A stretch of 64,000 bases of DNA, from the sequence record OP557969.1; one strand, 5' to 3'. Below the pieces are notes generated by a model, which worked only from the letters and a program-made list of their open reading frames with translations, was not told where the DNA came from and did not search any database. Positions 23,823-33,971 of this stretch are shown piece by piece. The stretch's first letter is position 1, and each line of letters starts with the position of its first letter. The translations under genes and the position numbers were made by a program.

Positions 23823-24608
23823 ATGAACAACATTTTCTTCAAAACTATTTCTTTCAAAAAAGAATCTTACTCATATTCCTATGTTGATGGTAATGTGCTT
23901 AATATTGTTCTGAATGGGGTAGATGTTCCTGTGAAATTCGACTCACATGAAGAAGCAGTCGATGGGGCAAAAGAATTGAATTCAATTCTCAATGGTGAAG
24001 ATAGTCAAAAACAAAAGGTAAAATCAGATTTAGATGCACTTTTGGAAAAAATCAAAAGTGGTGAAGTTCTTGAAATTTTAGAAAACTGTAATGAAAAACT
24101 ACGTAAAGTAGTCAATGATGTTCATGACCAGATTCAAGAAAAAGCACTAGACCAAGCCTTTAAGCATGTATCTAAAAAAGCTGAATCACGTATTGATAAT
24201 ATGGTCAAAAACATTGATGATGTACTTTCACATCTCTTTACCAAAGAATACGAATGTGACACAGACGAGCCAGTTACTGAATCTAAAAAAGAAAAACGCA
24301 ACTTTGGTTCAAGTGATGATGTATTTGGTTTTTCTAATGTACGAACAAGTGCAGATGAACCAAAGGAAATCAGTGAGATGCTCATTGGTGACATGACAAC
24401 AAAGCAACTTCGTAATGAAATTGACAAGTTTGTTACTACATCTATCAAATCTGAACGTGCACAAAATATGTTCAAAAGTATCAGTGCTAATTTTGGTACT
24501 GAAGCCACCGAACAAGCACTAAATGCATTTAAAGAATTGATTTATAATGTTGCCATTCGCAATCCAGAAAAAACACTCGAAGAAGTCCTACGAGAAAATT
24601 TCAAATAA
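23823..24608 (+). CDS. hypothetical protein
   Basis: AAGGAG RBS; terminator aagccactacactgtagtggcttttt follows. Confidence 0.85.
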   Translation: MNNIFFKTISFKKESYSYSYVDGNVLNIVLNGVDVPVKFDSHEEAVDGAKELNSILNGEDSQKQKVKSDLDALLEKIKSGEVLEILENCNEKLRKVVNDVHDQIQEKALDQAFKHVSKKAESRIDNMVKNIDDVLSHLFTKEYECDTDEPVTESKKEKRNFGSSDDVFGFSNVRTSADEPKEISEMLIGDMTTKQLRNEIDKFVTTSIKSERAQNMFKSISANFGTEATEQALNAFKELIYNVAIRNPEKTLEEVLRENFK

Positions 24609-24877
24609 TTAGATAAAAGTAAAGCCACTACACTGTAGTGGCTTTTTTTATTATTCGTTGTAACCATCAAATACAGGTGAAATAATATTATCTATATCAT
24701 AAACGATAATACTACATCCACTAAGCTTATATCTTCCCCCGATATAATTGTTCTTGACATTTATTCCACCATTGGTATAATTATTATAACATATTTATTA
24801 GGTATAACAAAAAAGTGCTTGACTGGTGCATGACAAAATGCTACTATATAGTGAATGAATAAATGAGGTGTTTTTTT

Positions 24878-25462
24878 ATGAATGTTATTGACGATAGACT
24901 AGTACTGAAAAATGGAAAAATGACTGTTAAGTTATATAAAGACGAAGCTGATTCATTCATGGCAAAAGCTATTGAAAAATCAGAACGATATAAATTATTA
25001 GCACCTGCTAGTAAATCACCGTATGGTTTTAATCATGCCCATAGTCATTTTGTAGGAATGGTTTGTGAACATGCATCTTTAGTTCTTTTTAATGAAATTG
25101 AAAATAATACTGGTATTAAACTTAATATTGATCCTGCATTTCAAAATGATGCACGCGATGGGGAGTGTGATATTAAGGTAAACAACCTTCGTATCGAAGT
25201 CAAAGGTATTAAGTATAAATCATGGACCGACTTTGGACCATGTGTCAGTACTCGACAGTTGAAAAATATCCAAAAAAAAGCTGACGTAATATTATGGGTA
25301 TTGTATAATGAGAAAAAACAAGAGTTCACTTTTGAGGGTTTCAACTATGTGAAAGATATTAGTTCTATCCCAGTTGTACTCACGGGTGTCCCAGGCAGAC
25401 CAATGATTGAAAATCATCCAGTACTGAGTATTATCAAACCACTTCAGGAGTTACCGTTATGA
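24878..25462 (+). CDS. putative PD-(D/E)XK restriction-like nuclease
   Basis: CEHAS...E...CDIKVNNLRIEVKG matches the E...D-x-(E)xK arrangement. Confidence 0.5.
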   Translation: MNVIDDRLVLKNGKMTVKLYKDEADSFMAKAIEKSERYKLLAPASKSPYGFNHAHSHFVGMVCEHASLVLFNEIENNTGIKLNIDPAFQNDARDGECDIKVNNLRIEVKGIKYKSWTDFGPCVSTRQLKNIQKKADVILWVLYNEKKQEFTFEGFNYVKDISSIPVVLTGVPGRPMIENHPVLSIIKPLQELPL

Positions 25463-25686
25463 TTACAGCCACTGTATACCAAGATATCAATGAAAAGTTT
25501 AATTCCAAAATTGCATTTTTACAATTCCCAGTTATCCCACCAGTTGGGGCAACATTAAATCTAACCATTTGTGGGTTTGAAAAATATTACGAAATTCTAG
25601 ATATTGAGTACTGTGCTGATGTGTATTCATGTAATAGTGAATTTGCCATTCCGGTATCAATCGATATTATCGTTAAAGAGGTTTAA
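25459..25686 (+). CDS. hypothetical protein
   Basis: ATGA coupling. Confidence 0.7.
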   Translation: MITATVYQDINEKFNSKIAFLQFPVIPPVGATLNLTICGFEKYYEILDIEYCADVYSCNSEFAIPVSIDIIVKEV

Positions 25687-25689
25687 AAT

Positions 25690-26145
25690 ATGTTTAAAAA
25701 TTTTATTGTTATTGTAGCAGTACTGTTTGGTGCATCATGTTTTATTACACCAGTACATGCAGAAGAACAACGTCAAACTATTAAAACTATTGGTACTGGT
25801 AAAACACCACCTAAACGTACTGCGGAAGAATACATGCCGGAAATCCGTGAGCGTTATCGTCAGACATACAGGGAAAAACATGCAAATGACAAACCAATCA
25901 AAAAGCACAAATGGGAAGTAGTTAAATCCCCTTCATTTTGTGCTGGTTATGCAAAGGTAAAGGTTGAACAACACAACAACCAGTACTATAAGGATATGTA
26001 TTACTTCTATGACTCCAGAATTTCTGACACTGATTTGATGGCAGGGAAGGTTGATAAAGAAGAATTTCTTCAAGGTTATGATATGATGGATGATGCTAAG
26101 ATCATGGAATGTGTAGATGTGTATGAAAAATATAGAGGGTTCTAA
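25690..26145 (+). CDS. secreted hypothetical protein
   Basis: Signal peptide ending VHA|EE. Confidence 0.75.
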   Translation: MFKNFIVIVAVLFGASCFITPVHAEEQRQTIKTIGTGKTPPKRTAEEYMPEIRERYRQTYREKHANDKPIKKHKWEVVKSPSFCAGYAKVKVEQHNNQYYKDMYYFYDSRISDTDLMAGKVDKEEFLQGYDMMDDAKIMECVDVYEKYRGF

Positions 26146-26606
26146 TGATACTACTAGTATTATTATCAAGCCCGTTTGCTTATTTTATTCTGTATAATAT
26201 TTTTAGTAATGCTCATCATTTTAAATACGCACAAACAATTGCAAAACATGAAGGATGGTGGCATTATTTTCCAGCACTACTGTGTTCATATATGTTCAAT
26301 GAACGCTATTTTATTTTTCCAGAATATACAAAGCACTATTATGATACTAAAATAAATGGCATAATTGAGTACTGTCTACGTAATTATCTGAATAATACAG
26401 ATAATGTTAAAGTGAATTTATTAAATGGAAATTCACCAAGAATAGTCTGTACGTCTTACATAGAAGACCCCATTTACTTATATCTATATGATCATAGTAT
26501 TTCGGTTCGTTGTTCTATGCGTAGTAGTTGTGAGTACTTTATCTTACCACCTACACAAATAAGATTAATAGAAAAATACTTGAAATTGATTGACAAAAAA
26601 GATTAG
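26145..26606 (+). CDS. membrane-associated hypothetical protein
   Basis: N-terminal hydrophobic segment. Confidence 0.7.
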   Translation: MILLVLLSSPFAYFILYNIFSNAHHFKYAQTIAKHEGWWHYFPALLCSYMFNERYFIFPEYTKHYYDTKINGIIEYCLRNYLNNTDNVKVNLLNGNSPRIVCTSYIEDPIYLYLYDHSISVRCSMRSSCEYFILPPTQIRLIEKYLKLIDKKD

Positions 26607-26650
26607 TAGTGTTATAATCACAAGACCAACCGATAAAAGAGGAACTGAAA

Positions 26651-27109
26651 ATGGACGTATTGGCTACCAATTTCAAACGTAACACAGAAGAGCGTGAAGG
26701 ATACCTTAGTATTAGTGATGTAGTTGCTGATAACTTCAAACAATACATTTTTAATAGTGCGATTAAGTTAAAATGCACAAAGGATGCTCCAGACCGTAGT
26801 TTTACTAAATGGATTGCATATTGGGAAGATTCACCAATTGCAATTGAAATGACAGTTATTACAACAGTTCTGGAAACGGGATATATCAAAGCTATTGTAG
26901 TTGATAAGAAAGTCAGATCTCTTGATGAAATTAACCCATATCCAGCCCGAAATTCTAAAGTTTTTGGGTTTTTGGTTGAAGGTAAGTTTATGATTGAAAA
27001 AGATGCAAAAGAATATGTAATTAATATGCTACAAACACCAACCGAGAAAAAAAAGGTCGTTGACCAGAATGCTATTGATTCAATCAAGAAAGCATGGGGA
27101 CTTAAGTAA
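26651..27109 (+). CDS. hypothetical protein
   Basis: GAGGA RBS. Confidence 0.8.
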   Translation: MDVLATNFKRNTEEREGYLSISDVVADNFKQYIFNSAIKLKCTKDAPDRSFTKWIAYWEDSPIAIEMTVITTVLETGYIKAIVVDKKVRSLDEINPYPARNSKVFGFLVEGKFMIEKDAKEYVINMLQTPTEKKKVVDQNAIDSIKKAWGLK

Positions 27110-27110
27110 C

Positions 27111-27533
27111 ATGTTCACACTAAGTAATACAAAATATCTTTTTCTTATTAGTATTATTGGTTGGGTTATGGCTCCAGTGCTTAATGCACTGGGGATTCCA
27201 GAGGGACACAAACTTGTCAATATTTCAGGTTTAATCCAAGCTATTTCGTGGTATTCATTAATCATATTTTTTGTGTGTATTAACACATTTGCACGCGAGT
27301 ATCGACGCTTACTTTATTTTAAAGTTTTCGGAACTACATACTATAGTTTTCTTTATACATTTATTTTAGTTCCATGTGTAGTATATGCCTTTGTTTATGA
27401 TTACTATACATATATGTGGGTGTGTAGTACAATGTTTGTTATGTTAGAATATACAAGAACTGTTCAAAACTCATATGCAGAAGAGTTTCATGATCAAGAA
27501 GTTAAACGCAAATTAACGGAGCTAAACAAATGA
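27111..27533 (+). CDS. membrane protein
   Basis: About four hydrophobic segments; start moved to 27111. Confidence 0.7.
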   Translation: MFTLSNTKYLFLISIIGWVMAPVLNALGIPEGHKLVNISGLIQAISWYSLIIFFVCINTFAREYRRLLYFKVFGTTYYSFLYTFILVPCVVYAFVYDYYTYMWVCSTMFVMLEYTRTVQNSYAEEFHDQEVKRKLTELNK

Positions 27534-27955
27534 GAGTATATAATAAAATTTGTATTTTTGTATTTTTAGTTTGTGCGTTCAATTCCTTTGGTTATTACTG
27601 CAACGAAAACAATATTTCATATGGATTAAATCCTTTGTGGTTTTCAATTTCAAATGTAGTTCAAATTGGTATTGCTATTATGTCTGCCCTTATGTTCTGT
27701 CCAATTGTCACAATGGATACTGATCATGAAAGGCTTGGATTTATCCGTGATACTGGTGACGAACCTTACAGTAGATTGATTGTGTTGTATCCATTTGTTG
27801 TTATATTAGGTACTAATATCCAACTTGGGTCTTTATCTAATAGTATTACTTCAGCAGCCATTACCATCTTTGCATTCACATTTTTTATTGTACACAAATC
27901 AGTACTTAAATGGTATATCACCCAATTGGCAGAGAAGGGTACGGAAATCAGTTGA
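27530..27955 (+). CDS. membrane protein
   Basis: About four hydrophobic segments; ATGA coupling. Confidence 0.7.
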   Translation: MRVYNKICIFVFLVCAFNSFGYYCNENNISYGLNPLWFSISNVVQIGIAIMSALMFCPIVTMDTDHERLGFIRDTGDEPYSRLIVLYPFVVILGTNIQLGSLSNSITSAAITIFAFTFFIVHKSVLKWYITQLAEKGTEIS

Positions 27956-28014
27956 CGTGATGTATCGAGTCATATATAATTATTACATCAAAACGATCAA
28001 ATGGTAAGGAACTT

Positions 28015-28266
28015 ATGAACATTGATAAGGTCAAAGAACTTAGTGCAGCACTAATTAAGAACGAAGAAGTATGTGAAGAACTTCGCAGTACTATCAAAGT
28101 GGAGTATGCACGTCTTCAAGCTATGCTTCAGGAGTCAGAATGGGTTGTAACAAAATCTATCGAATCCATCTATAAGGATATCGAATCTCTTTTCAACAAG
28201 AAAAGTAAAATCGAATCTGATTCATATAACAAACGCAAAGAATTAAATTCAGTACTTGGAATCTAA
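28015..28266 (+). CDS. coiled-coil hypothetical protein
   Basis: AAGGA RBS. Confidence 0.75.
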   Translation: MNIDKVKELSAALIKNEEVCEELRSTIKVEYARLQAMLQESEWVVTKSIESIYKDIESLFNKKSKIESDSYNKRKELNSVLGI

Positions 28267-28342
28267 AAAAAGTAGTTGACATAAAACAAAATATGGAGTA
28301 CAGTGTGCTCCATAATTAATTATAAGATAAAAGGAAACCGTT

Positions 28343-28603
28343 ATGAAATCTATTCTCGTTGCAGTTAACCAGATTGCTTCTCCATCTTTCAACTTCAAAC
28401 AAGCTGTTGCTGATAAATTGAAGAAAATCTGCCCCAACGCTGAATTAACGTTCTGTGTGTTTGATTCTGAAAAAGTATCAACGGTTGATCTAAACTATAT
28501 CATCAACGACATTAAAAGCATTTCAGGTGAAAGTAATTTAAACTTACTAAATGAGATTGCTGATGATTATGATCATACACTAGTAATTTCGGAGAAATAT
28601 TAA
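28343..28603 (+). CDS. hypothetical protein
   Basis: Promoter and AAGGA RBS upstream. Confidence 0.75.
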   Translation: MKSILVAVNQIASPSFNFKQAVADKLKKICPNAELTFCVFDSEKVSTVDLNYIINDIKSISGESNLNLLNEIADDYDHTLVISEKY

Positions 28604-28608
28604 ATTAA

Positions 28609-29028
28609 ATGATTAGATTAATTCAGTACTTAATCATTAAATTTTTTGGCTGTCATACAATTGAAGGAAAAGCTTCACTTGCACATAAAATTTTTGTAGC
28701 ATTGTGTACAGGTGATTATGACGTATTGAATAAGTACTGTAAATCTCAAGCATGTATTGATATAATGGCACTTCGTATCTATGAGTGTCAATTCAATAGA
28801 TATAATTTTTACCAGTACAGATATGATAAACAAGAATTTGATAGTTTTGAAATGTTAAAAAATTTATGCAACAATAAAAAGAATATGCATATATCTGAAT
28901 TTGTTGCTTTGTATTTTTATTTAAAAAGTTCATTGTTCATAACCACGAGTCAACTTTTTGATACTAGATTTAATGCATTCAAAGGTAAAGAATTTTACAT
29001 ATATGATAAATTCTTAGATAAGGTTTAA
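28609..29028 (+). CDS. hypothetical protein
   Basis: Intact ORF. Confidence 0.7.
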   Translation: MIRLIQYLIIKFFGCHTIEGKASLAHKIFVALCTGDYDVLNKYCKSQACIDIMALRIYECQFNRYNFYQYRYDKQEFDSFEMLKNLCNNKKNMHISEFVALYFYLKSSLFITTSQLFDTRFNAFKGKEFYIYDKFLDKV

Positions 29029-29029
29029 T

Positions 29030-29527
29030 ATGACAACAGTTTACATTGATAAACGATTAAATTTATTGATTACTGATTCTAGAGTTACATTAACCATACC
29101 ACGAAACTTATTTGGTATTTTCCCACTAAAACCAAAATATCAATATGGAGTTGTTAATCAAAAAACTTTATATGTACATGACCGTTTATTCAGTGCTAGT
29201 GGGGCAATAAGTGAAATTGATAAAGTACTGAATTGGTTAATTAACAAAGAACCTGTTATACCGCATAAAAAACTAGGTTGTCATTGTGTTCTACTATCCA
29301 AAGATTATATCATTCACATGAATATATCTAATGGTAAGTTCACTAAGAAACTTCAATATCTTCATAAAGACTATACTTTCTTTATGGGAAGTGGTGGAGA
29401 GTATATGGTAGATGCAGCAATACATGAAGACACTACGACTTTATGTAATAAAGTTTTTAGTACATTCATGGACGTTCATAACCATGATTCTTTTACCGAT
29501 AGCAATATTAATGTGTATAAATTTTAA
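29030..29527 (+). CDS. HslV/proteasome-beta-like Ntn hydrolase (putative peptidase)
   Basis: N-terminal M-T-T, DSR at about residue 16, FSASGA, MGSGG. Confidence 0.6.
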   Translation: MTTVYIDKRLNLLITDSRVTLTIPRNLFGIFPLKPKYQYGVVNQKTLYVHDRLFSASGAISEIDKVLNWLINKEPVIPHKKLGCHCVLLSKDYIIHMNISNGKFTKKLQYLHKDYTFFMGSGGEYMVDAAIHEDTTTLCNKVFSTFMDVHNHDSFTDSNINVYKF

Positions 29528-29548
29528 TTTCGTCAATAGGAGAAGTAG

Positions 29549-30514
29549 GTGAAAAAACTTGATTTGAATACAATTGCAGATGAAGTTCTGGATGAATGCT
29601 TTGGTAATGAAGAAGTGAATACGCTGGATGCGTTAGAACCAGTTCAAGAAAAAGATAACATTGACGAGAAAAATAATGGTAATTTCAAGTTTAATATTAG
29701 TCTTAAGCGACCAGCAAATGTAACAAATGAAGATATTATTCGTGATATTCAAGCAGGTATTAACGTAAAGAAAAATACTGAACTATTAGTTCGTTATAAT
29801 TACGGCTTGATTATTGATGTTGCAAGTAAATGCACGTGTTATATTCCATTTGAAGATAAGATTTCATATGGTATCGAGGGATTCATGCGAGCATTAAAAA
29901 CATTTGACCTTAGTAAGAATGTAAAGTTCGCTACGTATGCATCGTCAAGTATCTATATGACTGTATACAATGAAAGTTCAGATGCTAATCATCTGGTCCA
30001 TTTCCCTCGTTACATGAGTGTTAATAAGATACAAGTGAAACGCTTCTGTCATAATTATGAGCGTCAGCATGGTTGCCGTCCTACACCAGAAATTATTTCT
30101 GAAGAGACTGGTATTGAAATCCAGCACGTTAAGAATTGTTTATTATTCCAAAGTGAATATACTTCACTGGATGCACCATTGGATGGTGTTTCTGATGGGA
30201 CGATGAGTGATATTCTGCATTCATCTGAAGGTGATTATAATCTTAATGTTGACAGTATTCGTGCACCGTTGCGTTATACCATCAACGAACTAACTAATGA
30301 GTTGAGTGCTAAGGAATGTGAGATTATTCAACGTGTTCATGGGTTAGGTGAATTTAATCCTGAAACACTACGTGAAATTGCTGATAGTGGTTTTATCGAT
30401 GACAACGGTAAGTGTGTAAAATCCAGATCTTCGGTTCATCGTAAATACAGTGATGCTCTTAAGAAACTCAAGAAATTAGTGCTTGCTAAAGGGTACGAAT
30501 ACGAAGATTTCTAA
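29549..30514 (+). CDS. RNA polymerase sigma factor, sigma70 family
   Basis: Region 2 LLVRYNYGLI..EDKISYGIEGFMRALKTFD...KFATYA; PTPEIISEETG; SLDAPL; region 4 ETLREIA...SRSSV; GTG start after AGGAG. Confidence 0.9.
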   Translation: MKKLDLNTIADEVLDECFGNEEVNTLDALEPVQEKDNIDEKNNGNFKFNISLKRPANVTNEDIIRDIQAGINVKKNTELLVRYNYGLIIDVASKCTCYIPFEDKISYGIEGFMRALKTFDLSKNVKFATYASSSIYMTVYNESSDANHLVHFPRYMSVNKIQVKRFCHNYERQHGCRPTPEIISEETGIEIQHVKNCLLFQSEYTSLDAPLDGVSDGTMSDILHSSEGDYNLNVDSIRAPLRYTINELTNELSAKECEIIQRVHGLGEFNPETLREIADSGFIDDNGKCVKSRSSVHRKYSDALKKLKKLVLAKGYEYEDF

Positions 30515-30519
30515 ATTGT

Positions 30520-30547
30520 AAAGGTTGGCATATGCCAACCTTTTTTA
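30520..30547 (+). terminator. intrinsic terminator
   Basis: aaggttggc-atat-gccaacctt followed by a T-run. Confidence 0.8.
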
Positions 30548-30549
30548 TT

Positions 30550-30577
30550 GGGACAAAGCATAAATATATGATATAAT
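30550..30577 (+). promoter_or_regulatory. GGGACAA-N12-TGATATAAT promoter, copy 2
   Basis: Exact motif and spacing. Confidence 0.65.
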
Positions 30578-30579
30578 AA

Positions 30580-31036
30580 TTATGTACAATCCTGTTGAAT
30601 GCAGAAATGCATATAAATTAGAACCTGATCCTATCGAAAACGTAGATGGCAGATGAGCAGTTCAGCAGTGCGATGAGCAGAAGAAACCCGTCAGAAGTGG
30701 GCATAGTTTGAACCCCTCACGGCAATGCGGCTCAATAAAGAACTCCGATAAGCATACAGAGAGTTCCTAGATAGACATATAAGGAATCACACCTTACCAG
30801 ATTTGCTAAGGGAGTCTTGAAATAAGACAGCTTGAACTTTGATTGTATAGAGTTTCAAGTGAGTGCTGGGATGAAAAGACCAGTGACCGTTGCATATGAC
30901 CGTGATAGGGAGAAACAGAGCAACCCGCTTCCGTTTGTGATTGATCATTTTTACAATATAGATCCGTCCAAAATTCACGATACAATAATATCCGATGCCA
31001 TCAGCGTCAAGAAGAGACTTAATTGTCTCTTTTTTA
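30580..31036 (+). ncRNA. candidate large structured ncRNA (about 450 nt)
   Basis: Promoter-to-terminator unit with no credible ORF; long-range pairings 30645/30996 and 30717/30900; terminator at 31012-31036. Confidence 0.6.
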
Positions 31037-31194
31037 TTACTTTCATTCCCCTGTGGGGGATGAAATAGTCCTCAACAAATCCCGTCAAGTATTAAAAGTC
31101 CTAGACAGTTATGAAACATTCGCGTATAATACGTAGTATTAGAAGCGAACAGACATCTCGAAGAGATGGATGATTAACTATTAAGGAATATCCA

Positions 31195-31404
31195 ATGAAT
31201 TCAATCATATTTTTAGTAGTAGCTTTTTCTGTTAATTCCGGTGTACAAATAACCCCAATGAATTCCATGAATCAATGTATAGCAGTTCGTGATAGTACAT
31301 ACGAACAAGTAAACAAAAATATTAGAATGACAGTTAGTAAAGAACAAATGTGGTGTTACAATAGTAATACTAACGCAAAGCTTATTGTAGGACAAACTCA
31401 ATGA
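31195..31404 (+). CDS. small secreted/membrane hypothetical protein
   Basis: Hydrophobic N-terminus; AAGGA RBS. Confidence 0.7.
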   Translation: MNSIIFLVVAFSVNSGVQITPMNSMNQCIAVRDSTYEQVNKNIRMTVSKEQMWCYNSNTNAKLIVGQTQ

Positions 31405-31631
31405 GTTATGGTGTTCGTTTTGAGATTCGCTCTATTGTTATTAATGATAATAAGAAAGCATCGTTAGATAGTGACATACGTGAAATTTATCTATCATGTA
31501 TCCGTGCAAAATCTGAAGCAGATGCATTAGCACAAATGTATATTTTTAACTTTTCAAACGGATTTAATTTGGAACGAGTTATTGAAGTGAAAAAAGTACT
31601 TATAGGTTGTAGCATAGAAGGAATCGTGTAA
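31401..31631 (+). CDS. hypothetical protein
   Basis: ATGA coupling. Confidence 0.7.
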   Translation: MSYGVRFEIRSIVINDNKKASLDSDIREIYLSCIRAKSEADALAQMYIFNFSNGFNLERVIEVKKVLIGCSIEGIV

Positions 31632-31632
31632 A

Positions 31633-32421
31633 ATGTGCACTATAGATGAATTAATTAGACGGAATTCAAAATACTACAAACCATCAGAAATTGTAGGCAA
31701 CATTACTAAATCAGAGTTCGGACCAAATACACGAAAACTCATTCATGTAATGTTACGTGATGGCTTTAAATGTGATTGTTGTGGTGAATCCAATGTGGTA
31801 TTCACTTTACATAAGCACAGTACTAAAGAACGTTATAAATTCAGACCTTATGTACTTAAAGGGAAACGCCTTGTACGCATGACGTTAGACCATAATGTAC
31901 TGGACTGTCTTCAGGGTGGTAATGACAAAGAAAACATGACTGCACTGTGTGAGGATTGCAATGCATTACGCCAGCATAAATTTGCTGAGTACAGTGAGTT
32001 TAAGTTCTGGTATCATAACGCAGATCGTTCCATTGAACCTGACGTTAACTACTGCTTTATTGAGTACATTAAGAATGCAAAAGATACATACATTCTTAAA
32101 TCAATGTCACCTATTACAGTGTTTCCTGAGAATCTATTCACTACATTAAAGAATAGTTTTATGGTAGGTGATATTGATGCATTCAAGTATTTTGACAAAG
32201 GTGCAAAACATTTTGAAGTTCAATGTCTTAGTACTGCACTATGTGAACTTATTAAAATTTACATAAAAGATTATTTGGGTATTGACAATGTACGCGTACC
32301 AGAGTATACTTTTTCTATTGATTTCGATTGTGAATCAATCAAAGAGTTTGGGATTCTTTTCAATAAACAAATAGAACTTGCAATTCAAAACGAAATCAAG
32401 TACTATAATACTAACATTTAA
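31633..32421 (+). CDS. HNH endonuclease-domain protein
   Basis: RDGFKCDCCG ... MTLDHNV...GGNDKENMTALCEDCN. Confidence 0.8.
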   Translation: MCTIDELIRRNSKYYKPSEIVGNITKSEFGPNTRKLIHVMLRDGFKCDCCGESNVVFTLHKHSTKERYKFRPYVLKGKRLVRMTLDHNVLDCLQGGNDKENMTALCEDCNALRQHKFAEYSEFKFWYHNADRSIEPDVNYCFIEYIKNAKDTYILKSMSPITVFPENLFTTLKNSFMVGDIDAFKYFDKGAKHFEVQCLSTALCELIKIYIKDYLGIDNVRVPEYTFSIDFDCESIKEFGILFNKQIELAIQNEIKYYNTNI

Positions 32422-32436
32422 TCAGAGGAAATTATT

Positions 32437-32619
32437 ATGCAAATCATCATTCTTATCGTAGGTATCATTCTTGGTGTATATGGTCACTCCTGGATGAACG
32501 AGAAGTTCCCTAATACCCGTCCTGAGTATTGCAGTACGAATGTATACCAGAATGGTGAGAAACCAAAGGAAAGTATTGGTAAAAAGCTGGACAAAGTACT
32601 TGACGTTATCAACGAATAA
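32437..32619 (+). CDS. small membrane protein
   Basis: N-terminal TM segment; GAGGA RBS. Confidence 0.7.
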   Translation: MQIIILIVGIILGVYGHSWMNEKFPNTRPEYCSTNVYQNGEKPKESIGKKLDKVLDVINE

Positions 32620-32628
32620 GGGTAAAGT

Positions 32629-32829
32629 ATGTTTAAATCAAATACAAATGTTGGTAAGAAGGTTCAATTACTTGAGGATGTATCCACCTTGAGTGGAATT
32701 TTCCCAAGAGGTCACATCATGACTATTATTGCCGAAACATCCCGTGGCTGGGATTTGGAAGATGCTGATGGTAATCGCATCCTTGAGGCTGGATTCTATG
32801 GTCATCGTGAATATAAAATCATTGATTAA
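32629..32829 (+). CDS. hypothetical protein
   Basis: Intact ORF. Confidence 0.7.
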   Translation: MFKSNTNVGKKVQLLEDVSTLSGIFPRGHIMTIIAETSRGWDLEDADGNRILEAGFYGHREYKIID

Positions 32830-33046
32830 GGATGCAACATGACTTTAGAAATTGTCTTTGGTATTCTTAGCTTAGTAGTCTGTGTGGGTTGGTTTGGGTA
32901 TCTGATGATTTTTGGTGATTAATACTTGACACAAGATATCAGTACTGTATAATGTTTATATCAAAGGGAATGCAGTGAAAGGAAAGACAGCATAATCGTA
33001 CTCGTCACTGTGTTCCTGTACTTTTAAATTAAATGAGGAATTAACT

Positions 33047-33355
33047 ATGTTTCAAACTAACACTCAAGGTTTTGTAATCATTGATTTGAATCAAAACAGC
33101 GGTAATTGGATGAAACCTACTGACGCATGTATGCAGTTTGATTTCTTAGGTTACAGAATTAGTGTAAGTACTGGTGCTTCTGTACTGAGTGGTGGTTGTA
33201 TCGTCGAACATCTGGTAACTGATCCAGAAGGTCGTGAGTATGAAATTGCAGGTTCAGTACAAGATGCCATTATGTTTGTATGTCAGCGTGAAATGAATGG
33301 TTCGAATTCAAATGCACTGACTTATGCTCTTTCTCAAGAAGTGGAGATTCGTTAA
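33047..33355 (+). CDS. hypothetical protein
   Basis: Promoter at about 32926 and GAGGA RBS. Confidence 0.8.
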   Translation: MFQTNTQGFVIIDLNQNSGNWMKPTDACMQFDFLGYRISVSTGASVLSGGCIVEHLVTDPEGREYEIAGSVQDAIMFVCQREMNGSNSNALTYALSQEVEIR

Positions 33356-33606
33356 TGAAATACATTGTAGCAGTACTCGTCGCATTTTTACTCACTGCAT
33401 GTGATGCTTCAACCAAAGAACGCACAAGTGATTTTATTCTCCCGACTGAATTAAAAGAAGCCGGATGTAAGATTTATCGTATGCAAAAGGACGGTGCTGA
33501 TGTAACCTTGTATACAGTCTATTGCCCTAATGCAAATACCAGTACTGGATACACTAGCGGTAAAACACGAGTCAATACTTCAGTGATTAATGGAGCACAA
33601 CAATGA
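33355..33606 (+). CDS. putative lipoprotein
   Basis: Lipobox LLTA-C. Confidence 0.75.
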   Translation: MKYIVAVLVAFLLTACDASTKERTSDFILPTELKEAGCKIYRMQKDGADVTLYTVYCPNANTSTGYTSGKTRVNTSVINGAQQ

Positions 33607-33971
33607 GCCTTGATACAACCCGTACATCAGATTTATTAACTCGTCTGAATGATGAAGAATATCTTGCTGAAATAAAGTACAAGCTTGATAAACTGGTTCG
33701 AAGTGCTGAAGTAATTGAAGTTGAAGGTCACTTACCAATGGATCAATTCCATACGTTCAACGAAGATATGGTTTATTATCCTAATGAAATTTGGATTGAG
33801 TGGCAACATTGGACTGGTAAAACACTACGTATTGAAGGGTATTGTGTGAAGTATGAACGTGATCCTGGTTATGTGACAAAAACTTTGTCAATTTGGTGTA
33901 CAAAAACACATGAACTCGTTGAGGTGAATTTGAATTATATGAATGGCTTCCGTTGGGGTGATGTTCAATGA
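33603..33971 (+). CDS. hypothetical protein
   Basis: ATGA coupling. Confidence 0.75.
   Translation: MSLDTTRTSDLLTRLNDEEYLAEIKYKLDKLVRSAEVIEVEGHLPMDQFHTFNEDMVYYPNEIWIEWQHWTGKTLRIEGYCVKYERDPGYVTKTLSIWCTKTHELVEVNLNYMNGFRWGDVQ

Noticed and set aside
30650-30700. AGATGAGC and CGATGAGC...GAAA as a hammerhead ribozyme core
   Set aside because: Neither copy has the required CTGA-N-GA core with a stem II leading to GAAA.
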